Part shown: positions 1 to 25,180 of the stretch, in pieces
Layout: the number at the start of each line of letters is the position of its first letter
Numbering within the stretch: the stretch's first letter is position 1
Assembly: GCF_001949145.1 (NCBI RefSeq)
Contig: NW_019091356.1
Coordinates: 2,550,932-2,614,931, forward strand
Length of the DNA: 64,000 bases
Source: Acanthaster planci
Taxonomy: Eukaryota
Direction of reading: 5' to 3'
Made by a program: the position numbers and the translations under genes
Notes under the pieces: generated by a model
Seen by the model: the letters and a program-made list of their open reading frames with translations, nothing else
Told to the model about the DNA's origin: nothing
Database searches by the model: none

Positions 1-432
1 GAACTCCCGTTTTACTTTGCAGCCATTTTTTAACCATTCCCGGCTGGAAAAACAACGATTTTTCTGAAGTAATGTTGTTTTGGAAAAGAATCATTCTCCT
101 AATCATTTTGGATATTCATTCTTATGGCCTTATAGGAACGTGCATGTACAATACTCCTCCCCAAAATGATTTGAAAAATAAAGCAAGAGAAACATTTGTT
201 TAAGAGTTCCATCATTGGCCGTGTTCAGTGCGTTTGCACAGTTAATGGCCTTCCCATCAGTGGATCTGGCGGCACAGTACAGATGACCACTTATTCTTTC
301 TAATTCCACGGTTGGGGACGATTTCCAACAAGTTAAGCAGAGCAATCCTGCATATCAACTCCCCATTCCCAACGGCAACCTACATGATTTAGAGAATAAT
401 TTCCTCTGCAGAACATTTTGTTTGATTGCTAA

Positions 433-3446
<3,014 letters not shown>

Positions 3447-4173
3447 CAATATTAATTTCTTGGGGAGTTCTTGTTCGTATCTTAATTTCAACTGTGTACA
3501 TGCAATCGTCCTTCAAAATGTTTAGATAAACCCCAGTAATTTTGGACAATTTTTGTTGCATTTTAATAGGCGGCAGTAAACTATTCCCAAATGCCATTGA
3601 TTTTCTGTGATGGTTATACTAAACTGCTCCAATTTCTGTTGATGCAGTGAGATTGAAGAGGGTTGCATTTTATTTTTTATGCAATAAATATAACGGGAAG
3701 AATAAGTTTTAGCATGTGAATTTCTAGCATCAAACTGATGCGACTACTTTGTCGTGTTGCTTTTACTTAAAAAGAAAATTCAAATGACAGATGCATAAAT
3801 TTATGTTTAGTATCAAATAAAAAGACTGCTACAGGTCAGATGATGCACACACATTGCAAACACATATTAGTCACAGTCTAAAACCCTGAAATTAAAAATA
3901 CAGCTCATTTTCTCGCACAAAGGTCGTTAACACAGACAGTCCCATTGTCTTTAAAAAGGTCCATTACGGCAAGCCGGTATTACAGGAAACACTTATTACG
4001 TTAGGACTTGGAGATTAGTTGCCAAAATCTTGAGTTCCTCACTCAGTTTAGGCTTTCCAATCCACTTCTTGTTGCTTTGGTGTCAAAGTCAACGTCCTGT
4101 TCAACTAAGCACTTCTTACAAGATGTTTACTGGGCAAGAGTTCTGGGCCAGTGGCACTGTGCAATCGCTGCTG

Positions 4174-7100
4174 TCAGCTGGAACCTCCTACTGATGTGGT
4201 CGAGTCCTCGCCATCTGCATCCCGACTGGCTGGTTGCATCAATGGGACGTACCACTGCAGATGAAAAAGGGGAGGTATGGAACTGAACATGAACATCGAT
4301 GAAATCTTCACCACACACTTGAAAAGAGTCTATAACCTCTCTCCGGGAACGGTGCAACGGTGCTTAAATTGGTAAGCTTAAAGATGTTGTTCCTGCCTCG
4401 CAACCGCACTCAAGATACGTTTCCCTCAAGTGAAGACATTTCATGCTTGTACCTATTATGTTGAAAAATTAATTAAGCTCACTCTGTTCTGTTTCAGAAC
4501 ATGACCCACAGTTTGCATTTTTCAAACCGCAGCCATTAACTTCCAGATGGGGCCAAAGTTGACCAGAGAGTGCACTCTACGACTCCCACGTAATCTGATC
4601 AAACTGACTGGAAGTACCTCTTTGCTCATTCCTGCAATGGTTCTGCCTTCTTCGTTGATGGGTGGTTTCAGGAGACCCCTAAAATAGAAAAAAAAAATCA
4701 ACCCAGAAAAGAATATTTACAATTTCAGTTCTCCGAAATTGGGGAGTAACATTGATGGTTTGAAAAATTTTAAGGGTCAATGGAAAGTACAGTCTTGCGC
4801 ATGCCTTCCAAGTGAAACGAGGCAAATACTGCTAAACTTATGTTTCGTACCTGAAATGCTTTCTGACAAGCTTTTGGAACTCCGAGATGCACTCTAGCGG
4901 AGGTACTGCGTGGCGACAGACGTACGTGAACCATCTCATCCCCGCTGCCACATGGGTGATCTCGTCGGCATAGATGACATCCAAGACTGCGACTGAGTCG
5001 TCATCCCCCTGCTTGGAAAACCACTCTAGTGTCTTCGGGTGTACATCAAGACCCCTACACAACAACAGGAACATGTCTGTAGATGATATTTCACAAAAAA
5101 TCCTCGCTTGACCCATTGGTTCCATGGGGCCTGGTATTCAGGCTCGAAACTACCCTCAAAATATCTTGGCATCTCAACAGACCACTCGCATTTACATTCA
5201 CAAGCCAGTTTTTCCAGTATTCTCTTTCAAGGACATTCTGTGCAGCAGAAATATGAGCCCTCTGACATTTACATGACTGGCTGTATATATGACCAAAAAA
5301 CCCACAAACTTATGAAACTGCATTTGTACACCCCCCCCTCCAAAAAAACGACAGAAATTTCATTCAAGCACAGGAGTTGCCATTTGGCATGTGTAGGTCA
5401 GGAAATGCACTTAATCTTAGTGCAGTTTTTTCTGTGTGGTTTTGTTCAATTTTTTTGAACAGTTTCGCAGCCCTGTTACGTGCAGTGGCTGTGGTTGTCT
5501 TACCTTGCTTCATGCACCATGTGGACCACTGCCAGCCTGGCTAGGAGATTGTGTTTAGTCTCCGTGGCCGACTGCCACAAACCTACGTGCAGTCAAGTTG
5601 ACCAAAAAAAAAAGTTTCAACACCCCAAAGTGTGCTTGATTGTCTGAAAACAAATTTCTGGTCATTGTAAGTGTGGTTTTTGTTCGAAGTGCCCTTGCTT
5701 GAGGGTTCTTTGTTCCTGCATATGATTCATTGTTCACCAAATGCATGTAGATTTTTGGTTCTTCAGGTAAGGTCCTGGTTCCTCATTCGGTTCTTTGTTA
5801 ATCAAGAGAGTTCTTCAGTCTCCCAGTAGGATTTTGATTCTGCATAGATTTTTGGTTCTTCAGGTAGGGCCCTGGTTCCTCATTCGGTTCTTAGGTAATC
5901 AAGAGAGTTCTTCAGTCTCCAAGTACAACTTTTGATTCTGCATAGAACTTTGGCTCTTCATAGAACTTTGGCTCTTCATTTAGGGGTCCTACTCATGACC
6001 TTCCAATATCGTCAAAAGTTCTTGTGCTATCCAATGATATCTCATCATATGATCAAGTTTCAGCTATTTTTGCCCATCTCACTTCGCACTCTCTGTTCCA
6101 AAAAGGGTGTCAGGATTGACCAGCTAATTTAAAAAACAAAACATTCTGACTGGGCAACTGCAATATTCAATCTCAGAAGAGTGTGCACTCACAGCGCGAA
6201 ACTAGAGCAAACTCATCTTACCATTATGTACGGGGAGTGCCCCAAAATGACTTCCCAAGGCTTGGAGCCTGTTCTCCAGTATCGTGAAATGCTGTCAAAA
6301 ATGAAATAAGACTGAGTGCAGTTTGAAGTTTGGTTTATCCGTGGAATGTTTTCAATCTTTGGAAGGTACGATATTTAATACAAAGCAGTAACAATGGAGT
6401 CTTCCATAAAAAAATCCAGCATAACCAATGAAGTGAATGCGTGATGACTTTTGAAAGAGGCAGAATGGAAGAAAATTTTTTTTCTGGACTTAATGAAGAG
6501 ATATCTTTATAAATACTTGAGATCTCTCAAGGAAATGCTTCATCGTCGGCTTTATACCTTGGCTTCATCCCCTGCGACTTTGACAAAGTCTGTGAAGAAA
6601 TCCTTGGGAAGGTGACTCCTATCACCCAGGGTGGTGTCTGCGAACCTCGCGATGATGTCCCAAGACAGATCAATGGCCCACTGTTCGATGTTGGCCAGGG
6701 AATGCAGCAACGCGATGCGGTTGCCCTTGAAAGAAAGAGAGACAATCGCGTTGTGATTATGAAACAAATATCTTATTTTCATAAATAGAAAGTGGCCTTC
6801 AGGTTCCAATCTTTAGCTTTTATGTAAAAAAAATCGGCAGAGCACAAAAATATCTGCTTGCGATAAACAGATTACCAGCCAAAATGTTTTGCGATCTTTA
6901 ATGCGTATGAATGTTACCAACTAGTTTGTTTTCTGAACATATTTACATGCTAAGCAGTATTTCTTTGAAAAGGTCCCATATCGCAGACTGTATTGAAAAT
7001 ATATTTCTGCTATCGACTGGAAAAACCCATCCACTGCTACATTACAAATGACTTAATTGCCCCAAGAAAGTTTAGATTCAGGTGCACTCCCAGCAAAAAT

Positions 7101-10100
7101 GTCTGGGGTTAAAAGTTAACCACATCTCTCCAGATGACACGTTAATATGCATGAATTTCCTGTGTCATGACATGGAGGACATTTCTGGTGAATTCTGTAT
7201 GCAATGCCAGGTGGCATCTCCACTCATCCCAATGCTTGAGTGATTGCAAGTGAGTTTGTATGCAAACAGAGGCTTAAGCTAATCCGTGGAGATAGAGCAC
7301 ATGCACAGCCCTCAAGCGGCAGTGTGCCACGGCCAGGCATGGCTCCACATATCGCTTAACCCTAACAGTCCCAAATCCTCCAATTTTAATATGATTTTAC
7401 GTACACCCCAGGGAGTTAGGGTTAAATGTCACACAAATCTGGAACAAATGACCACTAAGGGTCTGCATCTGTAACGTCCAACTTTGTACAGGACTGTGGT
7501 TGTGGTATCTTGTCATTTTACAACGTTGGCATTTTGAACTAAAAAATAACACCACATCTGGACAAGTTCATCACGGAATACTTTGAACTCAGGCAACTAT
7601 CACAAAAGCGAACCCAGGAATGACGAAAAAAAATTCTTTTTTTACCAGTGTGCCCGCCTTGCCACGCTTGATCTTCCCAGGAGCAACTACGTTCAATGAC
7701 TCTACACGGTGGGGCTGATCAGGGGGCTGGCATCTCCCTACTTCTGTCAGGTCTCCCCTCTGCCATCTCTCCTGAATCTCGTGCGTCAGCCTCACCTTTG
7801 ATGAGACGAAGGGGGAAAGGAGAAAGGATACCAGAGCTACAAAATTACACTTGAACATCGCCCATTTACTGGTCACGTTCGGTATGCATCAGGCCAAGAA
7901 AAGATGTGTCCAGACAAAAGGTCCAAAGGAAGTGTAATCCCAAAACTCCCTGCAGCAAAATCCTGTTGGTGTTTTTTAGTTTGATTTTTGTAAGTGTTCT
8001 CAAGTGAGCTTGGTATATGCCCGGTCAAAAGCTGATAAATGTAGAACAAAATTGATTGTGCGGGTAAGTTTTGTCAGACAAGATCAAAGTTTGGGAAACC
8101 AAGACCAAATTTTCTCATTCTTCAAAAATTTGCAGGGTTTGTTGGAAAAGTAAACCATCACTTTGTTAAGTACAATATTTCTTTACAAAACCCACACAAA
8201 AATCACTTCAATATGAAGAAAAATTGCCAATATTCAATACCAGGTTCTACAATATTAATGGATTCGGAATGTAAACTCCAGTAAAAATTACTTACTGTCC
8301 TGACTGGTTTGGGTACAAATGGAGACTACGATTTGACAGCAGATGAAATAAGGAAACAGCACAGAGCCTTGACGGATAAAGGGCAAATCTTTGGTTTTGA
8401 AGAAATTGGAAAATGCATCCCTTATGAATAAAACAAAAATGACACGAATATTCACAAACCTTCTCGTTCGGGTCTGCAGTACACAATATCTTCACAGCCC
8501 AACTGCACAGCGTGTCCTCGCCTTCTGAGCATGACCTCAGCTGTTGTTCTGCTTCATCTGTCTTGACAAAAGGAAGGAAATTTTCATCTTGAATTTAGAA
8601 TGAGGTCACATTATTTTCCCCCGATTCTTCAAACCAAAGCCTCATCAAAACCTGGCTAACTGGTGGACTTAATAGTGTTCCAGACCCAAGCCCACTATGC
8701 AGACCTCTCACCAATTAATTCAGCAGAATATTGGCTTAAAGATTCTCATTATACCACTTGTCAAAAGATCTACTGTAACAATTCAACTAAAGATCTCCTA
8801 ATTAAAAGGTTAAATTTGGGCATTTTAGACAATAATTCATTTCATTTACTGCTGTAATAGGATTTACATCTGTCACAAAATAAACTAGGGCTCGTTCGTT
8901 ATCTAACAATACTAACCAATTTAGAAATCTATCTATAAATCTTTACATATTTACGTTTCTTGTCAAGTTGCTTCTCAGAACTCTTTGTGTGAGATAAATC
9001 TAGACTTGTGTTGATGTACAGTTGGTCGTCTACTAGCTTGACAGCGTAAGTTTGTTGCTGCAGGAGAAATAAAGATGGAGTAAAATGAAACAAAAACTGC
9101 AATAAACTAAATGCAGCTAAAAATCTGGATTTGACAGACCAAATGCGGAATGTAAACAGGTGAACCGCACGCGAACCAGTGAAATGTAAATGCCCATTCC
9201 TCAACGTTTTTTACCACAACACTGCCCTCGTCTGCTCACGCACAGATTACATAGTCTAAATTTTGTCCTGTGCCCCTGTGTATGCTGCTATATACACATC
9301 TATTAATTAAACTGGGCTGTTGTCTCACCTTGAGACCTGACGTGGAGTCTCCGTTGTCCAATCGGAAGTCATAGTCGTGCCAGGGGCACACAATGCACAT
9401 GTGGCCGTCAATGTCTTCAATGTCGCCGAGATCTAACGGGCCACCTGTGCCAAAATGCCAGCAAGAAAATAGCATTGATGAACTCAATAGTCTGCATTTG
9501 ACAAACGAGGGGAAAACAAGCTGGAAATTGTAAGGAAACTTGGTTGACTGTTAATTTGGTGGTACCATGGTGCATAACCAACGTGCCCGTACAGCACACA
9601 CCAATCACGTAATAAAGAATGTGTCCATATACCCTGACAATCTGACTTACAGGTCCCCAGAATTCATTAAAAAAATAAAATACTGTAAGCACACAGCTGG
9701 CAAGCTGGTACACGGGAATAACAATGCCAATAGTGAATTTTCTTTCACCAAATACAAAGACAAGACTCTACTGGATGAAAATGATGTCATAAGTGGGGCT
9801 GTAGTCAAGTCCATCACGAGTCCCTGCAAGTCCATCACGAGTCCCTGCAAGTCCATCACGAGTCACTGTAAGTCCTTCATGAGTCACTGCAAGTCCATCA
9901 CAAGTCACTGCAAGTCCATCATGAGTCACTGCAAGTCCATCACAAGTCACTACAAGTCCATCACAAGTCACTGCAAGTCCATCACGAGTCACTGCAAGTC
10001 CATCACGAGTCACTGCAANGTCCATCACAAGTCACTACAAGTCCATCACAAGTCACTGCAAGTCCATCACAAGTCACTGCAAGTCCATCACAAGTCACTG

Positions 10101-12365
10101 CAAGTCCATCACAAGTCACTACAAGTCCATCACAAGTCACTGCAAGTCCATCACAAGTCACTGCAAGTCCATCACAAGTCACTGCAAGTCCATCACAAGT
10201 CACTGCAAGTCCATCATGAGTCACTGCAAGTCCATCATGAGTCACTACAAGTCCATCACAAGTCACTGCAAGTCCATCATGAGTCACTGCAAGTCCATCA
10301 TGAGTCACTGCAAGTCCATCATGAGTCACTGCAAGTCCATCATGAGTCACTGCAAGTCCATCACGAGTCACTGCAAGTCCATCATGAGTCACTGCAAGTC
10401 CATCATGAGTCACTGCAAGTCCATCATGAGTCACTGCAAGTCCATCATGAGTCACTGCAAGTCCATCACAAGTCACTGCAAGTCAATCACGAGTCATCCA
10501 GGTCAATCACTCACCACCAAGGTAGAGGAAATTCAATTGAACTCTAACAAAAGCAACCTTTGACATTCTTCATCCTTGGTCTGGACTTGTGATGGACTCA
10601 CAGGGACAGGTAGCTTCTACCCCACAACAAACCAATAACAGGCAATACTTTACTCCAAGCCAGAAAAAGCACAAAGGGTGGAATACCTTCATGGGGACAG
10701 TCAGCGCCTAGTGCATAAAACTTGTCTGGGGTGAGTCTGACAACCACCACATCTTCTTCTCCTCCAAGAGAATACAGCCTGTCATTCCGGAAGCAAATTC
10801 CAAGAAAACATCAACTGAATCAGTTCTGGAGCTCTCTCTGCACATGTCCTTTTAAGATCTTACAAAGATTCTCTACTTTCAACCTTTCTGTTCGTGAAAT
10901 GCTTCACTTTCAACCAGGCAGGGAGCAATACCTCAGAATCACTTTCAACTTCGATCTTCAAGCTTTAGGTTATTGCAAACACTAGAAAATGAAGGGCAAA
11001 TGAAAACCTAGCCATACAATGAAAGATGGCAACCTTCCAACAGAATTGAATGATATTCAGGACCCAAGCATACAAGAACTTTTAACACCTAACAGGAAAA
11101 TCACGGTAAACTTGTCAAAAAAACAACTTCACAAAGCCCAGGTCAGAGGATTGAGTTGACTGGCTACGATATTTAACACCCCGGAAAGACTTCCATACAC
11201 AAGCATCATTTGACACCCTGCGCACAAACCCTATGAGACTGGTCTGAAAATCTTATGTTTGCTTCCAAATTTTCACTGCTAATTGGACTTTTTAGACAAT
11301 TTTATCACTTTTTAATGGCTTATCAACAGTGGAAGGGAAAACGTGATGTACCAACACTAATCTGCTAATCTGGGTGGGGCTGTCCCAGTCTGATTTCACA
11401 ATTTGCTCATGTTTGTCAAGTCCTAGTTCGACAAACGGGAGCGGGGCGGACGTAGGACCCAACAGCTCTGGGGATGAGTAAATAGGACTCAATAAATCAC
11501 CTCATTTGGACATGGTCCATAATAGTACACTACTATCTCCAATCATGTCCCAATGTTGAAAGAGGCAACTTGTAGAGTCCTACTCCTTGATGTTATTGGA
11601 CATACGTTCATCCTTGGTGTGATATCCCAAAGTGGGGACTTTGCCAAGTATCAGCATAGAAGTGGAAGTAGTCCTAGTCACACTAGTTACTTGGACTAGT
11701 CAAGTTCCAAGAGTGAGGATTTTTTTTCAATGACCATCTTTTTTGTCCAAGGTCATCTAAGCAGTGGGGACTTTTCAGTTTCTGTCAAGGGAAGGAGATC
11801 CATATATGGATGCCACTTAACACCCCATGTACAAACCCTATGAGACTGGTCTGAAAAATTCAGTGTTTTCTAAGTAAACGACTCACTTAGTTTTTTCTCT
11901 CCTAAACTGAACTTTTCTAGACATGTTTTCGCCCTCTGAAGGCTATAATATTAGTCACTGTAGGGAATAATTACTGGTGTCGTATATCATGGAACTCTTT
12001 CCCTGTCAAGTTTCAAAAGTGACATAGGGCCTTAGTCTCAACATAATGGTTGGAGCAGCCCACATGCATGACATGTGTGCGAGCAGCCGACATGCATGAC
12101 ATGTGTGCGAGCTGACGGGCAGGACTCGACTAGGCCTAGCCCCATCCAAGGATGGATCGGGAGTGAGAGTCCGTGCCACACTAGTGGGGCTAGACTAGGC
12201 CATGGAGCTAGGCCTAAAAAGGGAGGAGCAAAACTTCGTCATCTTCGGTTACCGGGTGCAAGTCTTCCCCTTGAAGAGATCTGTGTGACCTACACATCGC
12301 CATCGACTGCTATCAACGACGTCTTTCAAAGCAGTGACAAGATCTACTTCAAATCCACCCTCCAT
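4174..12365 (-). CDS. Rieske [2Fe-2S] domain + DUF455 ferritin-like (di-iron) domain fusion protein, 444 aa, 12 coding exons
   Basis: Exons (minus): 12365-12253, 10778-10687, 9444-9329, 9057-8955, 8557-8460, 7795-7646, 6725-6558, 6291-6222, 5582-5504, 5054-4851, 4678-4618, 4254-4174. All GT-AG, phases consistent, 1335 nt in total. Rieske ligands CPHEGG...CPWH. Ferritin-like motifs LLHSLANIEQWAIDLSWD, DEAKHF, VHEARGLD, DEITHV, then FRG.LKPP.N...R..AGM...WY as in DUF455. Confidence 0.9.
5742..5990. repeat. Intronic tandem repeat, ~98-bp period, about 2.5 copies
   Basis: ...AGATTTTTGGTTCTTCAGGTA.G..CCTGGTTCCTCATTCGGTTCTT..TAATCAAGAGAGTTCTTCAGTCTCC at ~5749 and ~5846. The third copy is partial, with an internal duplication of CATAGAACTTTGGCTCTT. 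Confidence 0.8.
7360..7421. mobile_element. Tiny TTAA-flanked MITE (piggyBac-like termini)
   Basis: TTAA|CCCTAAC...GTTAGGG|TTAA (TTAA at 7356-7359 and 7422-7425). Confidence 0.5.
9806..10496. repeat. 21-bp minisatellite (CAAGTCCATCA[C/T][A/G]AGTCACTG), about 33 copies, in intron 2 of the Rieske-DUF455 gene
   Basis: Directly visible head-to-tail units; single N at 10019. Confidence 0.97.
11274..11766. mobile_element. MITE with CACTGCT termini
   Basis: Left CACTGCTAATTGGACTTTTTAGACAA; right (reverse complement) CACTGCTTAGATGACCTTGGACAA. Confidence 0.5.
12062..12112. repeat. Short tandem duplication (28-bp period)
   Basis: ACATGCATGACATGTGTGCGAGC at 12062 and 12090. Confidence 0.8.
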
Positions 12366-12885
12366 TTACTAAGAGACAAGGACATGTACTTTTCCCGCAG
12401 CAACTTGGCCTTTTGTTTGCTTTTCTCTTACGTAGATCTGTGTACATATGTCACACATGTCTGGAGAGCGCCATCAACGTCAATTGCAACACAAATTTAC
12501 CGCGCTTGCTGTTGAAATTACCACAAGTAGCCCCTCTGTGCAGGATATGTAAAAACAAAAATGCCTCTCTTAAAAATCTCAACAAAAAATTTAGATTAAC
12601 TTGAATAATACGTACTATTTACAAATAAGTTAATTTTTTAATTTTAGTCCTTTTATAACTATTTCTTACCTTTATATTAAAGCATAAGATTATTCTCGAT
12701 ATTTGTTACAGAGGGCAAGAGATTTAAATGCCCAGTCCTAATAAACATCACATGGTCAGGTGGCGCGAAAGTGCGATCATAGTGTGCACCGCTATCTTTC
12801 ATGTCTTTTAACAGTGAACATACCCCGTGCAGGATTTGACTGATATTTTGCTTGATTTCTGCCGAAATTCCTGCATTTTTCGGAA
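12366..12885. promoter_or_regulatory. Bidirectional promoter region between the Rieske-DUF455 gene and MCM6, with E2F-type sites
   Basis: Divergent ATGs 520 bp apart. GGCGCGAAA at 12762-12770 (TTTCGCGCC on minus) and TTTCCCGC at 12391-12398 match the E2F consensus TTTSSCGC. Confidence 0.65.
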
Positions 12886-22713
<9,828 letters not shown>

Positions 22714-24744
22714 AACCAGAAACCAATCGTCTCGTTTCACGTTTGTAGAGTTCACAGGACTCTCTGTGTATTACCCGTCGGCACATCTACTCCTTTGATG
22801 TACATTGTATATATTCACTGACAAATTCTGAAAAATCATAGAGTGCTCAGATGTTGGTTCCGGGCAGTGCAGAGGGTAACAGGCTGGGACAGTTTTGGAC
22901 AGTCTTAGTCTAGAGTAACTAATAGGCTAAATTCAAGTTGGAACTGACGTGGGGCCAGCCGGTCTTTAATCCATCTTTGCCAACCAGTTCCTCCATAAAC
23001 CTAACCCTCCCACATCCTTAAAAAGTCTAGCAAGAGGTTTAAGAGGGCTTTTGAGGACCGAGGCTGGTTGACCCAGAGGAAGATATCGGACGATCTCAGA
23101 GGGTTCATGGCAAAAATGTCTATGCAGTTCAGGGTTAGTAAATATGCAGAGGGTCATCAAATTTGGGCTGCAAACCGCCATTATTTCTTTTCAGTTTGAC
23201 TTGAGCGAACAGGGAAATTTACCAAATCAATGAGGGCCCAGCCAACATTGTACATGGTACATTCTTAGTAATCAAGGATTGGCAGTTGATGTTTGCAACC
23301 GTGGGCTTTTTGTAAATGTTGTGTGCTGGTGATTTTTTCCCAGAAACCATTGATCAACCCAATTTCTCTACCGAAGTGTGTTTGGAAGAGCAGAGTAGAA
23401 AATTGTGGATTACCTCTTTGAGAAATATTCAAAAGCCAAGTTTATGAAAAGATTTTAAATACGTATTTCTGCTCAACATAGCCTCAGATATCCGAGCAGC
23501 ATTTTCAGACGGAAATGACGTGCAAATGGCTGTGATGGTTCTTGTAAGCAGTTTTTATGCTCAGAGGAAAAAACAAATATTTCTATTCTCTTGAGTAGTT
23601 TTTTGATACGGGCGAAAGTTTAGAGCAAAAGAGTGCTGGATTATATGTGATGTACTTACTTTGCCCTGGAATTTTTTGTGGCAGAATGTTTGGATCTCAA
23701 CCTTATGCCATAAGCCTGCTAAATCCAGCTGACCTGTTGTCATAAGGCAAACATCGGCTGTGAACCAGTCAAAATAAACATACAATACATAACATTTTTG
23801 CCGGTAACCTGCATTTGCTAAACAATTAGTTTCTTCATTTGGAAAATTTTCTGCACTTGATAGCTATATGTTAGTCCCAGCTGGAGTGGAAAAAAAAGAG
23901 AATTCAACCGAAATGTTCAGTGCCAAGAGTTATGTATTGAGTCGGGCAGTGGTTTTTTTTCCATGTTTCTCCTGTACATGTAAAGGCATGCTCCAGAACA
24001 ATGCACACAGACGACACACACCAAAACTTCGTCTATGAAATCCTGCGTTTTTGTTCGTTTAAAATGTAGAGCTCACCTCACTTTAAAAAAAAAAAAACTG
24101 GTATTATGACCCATTTAGGGGAAGAAAAACATGAACCAAGTTTCTTGAACGTTTGACGAAAGATTTATTATAGATTATATTCCTTCACCTGTTATAGGCC
24201 TGTGGATTTGCTGAAGTGTAGATAACATTGAATTGTACCGTTATACTCTTGATCTGAAAATCAGCTTGGTTTGGCTATTTGGTAGGAAATCAAAAATGTA
24301 TATTAAACTGTTCTGGTCAAATTGTACTTGCATTTGTTTTGTCAGTTTTTCCTATGTGGACAGTCTGCAAACAATGCCTGTTAATGTGTCTGTGAGTTCA
24401 GATTTTGCGATACAAAATTACATTGTAGAAATGAAACATTTTGCTCTCCCACAAATTTGGACACTAGTCTACAAAATTGCTTCAGTGACAAAATGGAGTC
24501 GACAATGACGGCAATATCAAATATTTTCGTGCCTGTTCTGAGACAGCTGTCAGCAATCCTACATCCAAATACTTTCTGCGCGACTGAAATAGTTTCTACT
24601 CACACTGTTAATACCTTTTACACACGTTTAAAAAAAAAACTGCAGGAAGTAGCACATAAAATAAGCCAAACTGAACTAAGAGTTTTCAACTTCACCGACC
24701 TACCACTGAATAGAAACACAATAAATCTGTACTGGCAGGCAGTA

Positions 24745-24856
24745 CCTCCGGCTGCATTTGGATTCGAACCAAGACACCTGATCCCAGCAAACGTGGTTTT
24801 TGAGTGGTTTAGACACCTGCACTAGTAAGCAAGAAGTCGTGGGTTCGAATCCCAGC
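24745..24856. mobile_element. Two opposed tRNA-like SINE head fragments
   Basis: GGATTCGAACC (B box, minus) near 24760; GAGTGGTTTAG...GTGGGTTCGAATCCC (plus) at 24802-24853. Confidence 0.45.
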
Positions 24857-25180
24857 AACTACAATGACATCCAGAGTGAATTCATCTATATACATCGGTG
24901 TAAGGGCAAAACCTAAGTATAAACTCAACATTTCCGACGCAAAGCCAAATCAACTTCATTTAAGTCTGTATTTTACAAAATGTTCACTGTGCTCAGCAGT
25001 TTATAACAAAATTTTTATAACCAACGATTTGCTCAGAAAGAAAATTGAAAGCGCTGATGACAATCTAAGACATCTTTACACTCCTTTGTATCACTAGGAT
25101 AGGCTTAGGTAAACCTTTGGTGCCTTCATTAAAACTGAAATCAAAGAACAGCCTCCGATGCATCAGCAATGCATTACCTC

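Noticed and set aside
7356..7425. Telomerase RNA template or telomeric seed (TAACCCTAAC)
   Set aside because: Explained by the termini of a small TTAA-flanked MITE; no other telomerase RNA features are visible.
9806..10496. CRISPR array
   Set aside because: Units are contiguous with no unique spacers, there are no cas genes, and the context is eukaryotic.
9567..10563. 326-aa and other Cys/His-rich ORFs over the 21-bp array
   Set aside because: They are open only because the unit is a stop-free multiple of 3. Both strands are open, the region is intronic, and the frame change is caused by an N.
24745..24856. tRNA genes here and at ~1730, ~19390, ~21820, ~46520 and ~53840
   Set aside because: Only A/B-box remnants without a closable cloverleaf; several continue into SINE cores.
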